DNA of 64,000 nucleotides from Erythrobacteraceae bacterium (GTDB lineage Bacteria > Pseudomonadota > Alphaproteobacteria > Sphingomonadales > Sphingomonadaceae). Positions 63,943 through 64,000 of this stretch are shown here, in pieces; within the stretch, counting starts at the first letter, position 1, and each line of letters opens with the position of its first letter. The position numbers were made by a program, and so were the translations under genes. The notes below the pieces were generated by a model. The model had not been told where the DNA came from and ran no database searches. It was given only the letters and a program-made list of their open reading frames with translations. The stretch is taken from positions 6,889 to 70,888 of the forward strand of contig JAHEAX010000009.1 in assembly GCA_024642525.1 (NCBI GenBank). Reading direction: 5' to 3'.

Positions 63943-64000
63943 TTAATACGCGCGAGGCAAATTTTTCGAAGGCCCGGCCTGCAACTGCAGTGCCGGCTCT

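Overview
This is a high-GC (roughly 60%) chromosomal core segment of an alpha-proteobacterium. Gene content and order look Sphingomonadales-like, but that placement is inference only. I call 61 CDS, one of them a weak small ORF, and one tRNA-Thr(TGT). I also call a handful of hairpin terminators and candidate regulatory sites. The centre is a complete, tightly overlapped dcw cell-division and cell-wall cluster on the minus strand at 31094..49875: mraZ-rsmH-ftsL-ftsI-murE-murF-mraY-murD-ftsW-murG-murC-murB-ddl-ftsQ-ftsA-ftsZ. A TPR/SPOR protein follows ftsZ. The flanks are housekeeping genes:
- purA, hisZ and serC-serA
- rarA, queF and sseA-metC-mscS
- a translationally coupled sulfur-assimilation operon, cobA-DUF2849-cysI-DUF934-cysH
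- obg-proB, a BI-1/YccA homologue and ybjN-proC
- ccmAB, map, argC, several peptidases (M61, S9, M17), SDRs and a few conserved hypotheticals

I found no rRNA, CRISPR, transposase, integrase, phage, toxin-antitoxin or recognisable defence genes. Coding density is very high, and the largest non-coding gap is 363 bp, upstream of mraZ. I therefore found no convincing evidence for a novel multi-gene system, and the window looks like an ordinary core region. The items worth a second look are modest:
- a SPOR/TPR protein tied to ftsZ
- rarA translationally coupled to an RNase-H-fold (DUF429-like) ORF
- proB coupled to an extended SDR instead of proA
- phased direct repeats and a G-tract leader upstream of mraZ
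- candidate serC and ybhL leader RNAs
- a perfect DnaA box plus a GANTC site in the ftsZ promoter region
- the two DUF genes embedded in the sulfite-reductase operon
- several proline-rich envelope proteins

All family assignments come from motif reading of the translated ORFs. No database search was run.
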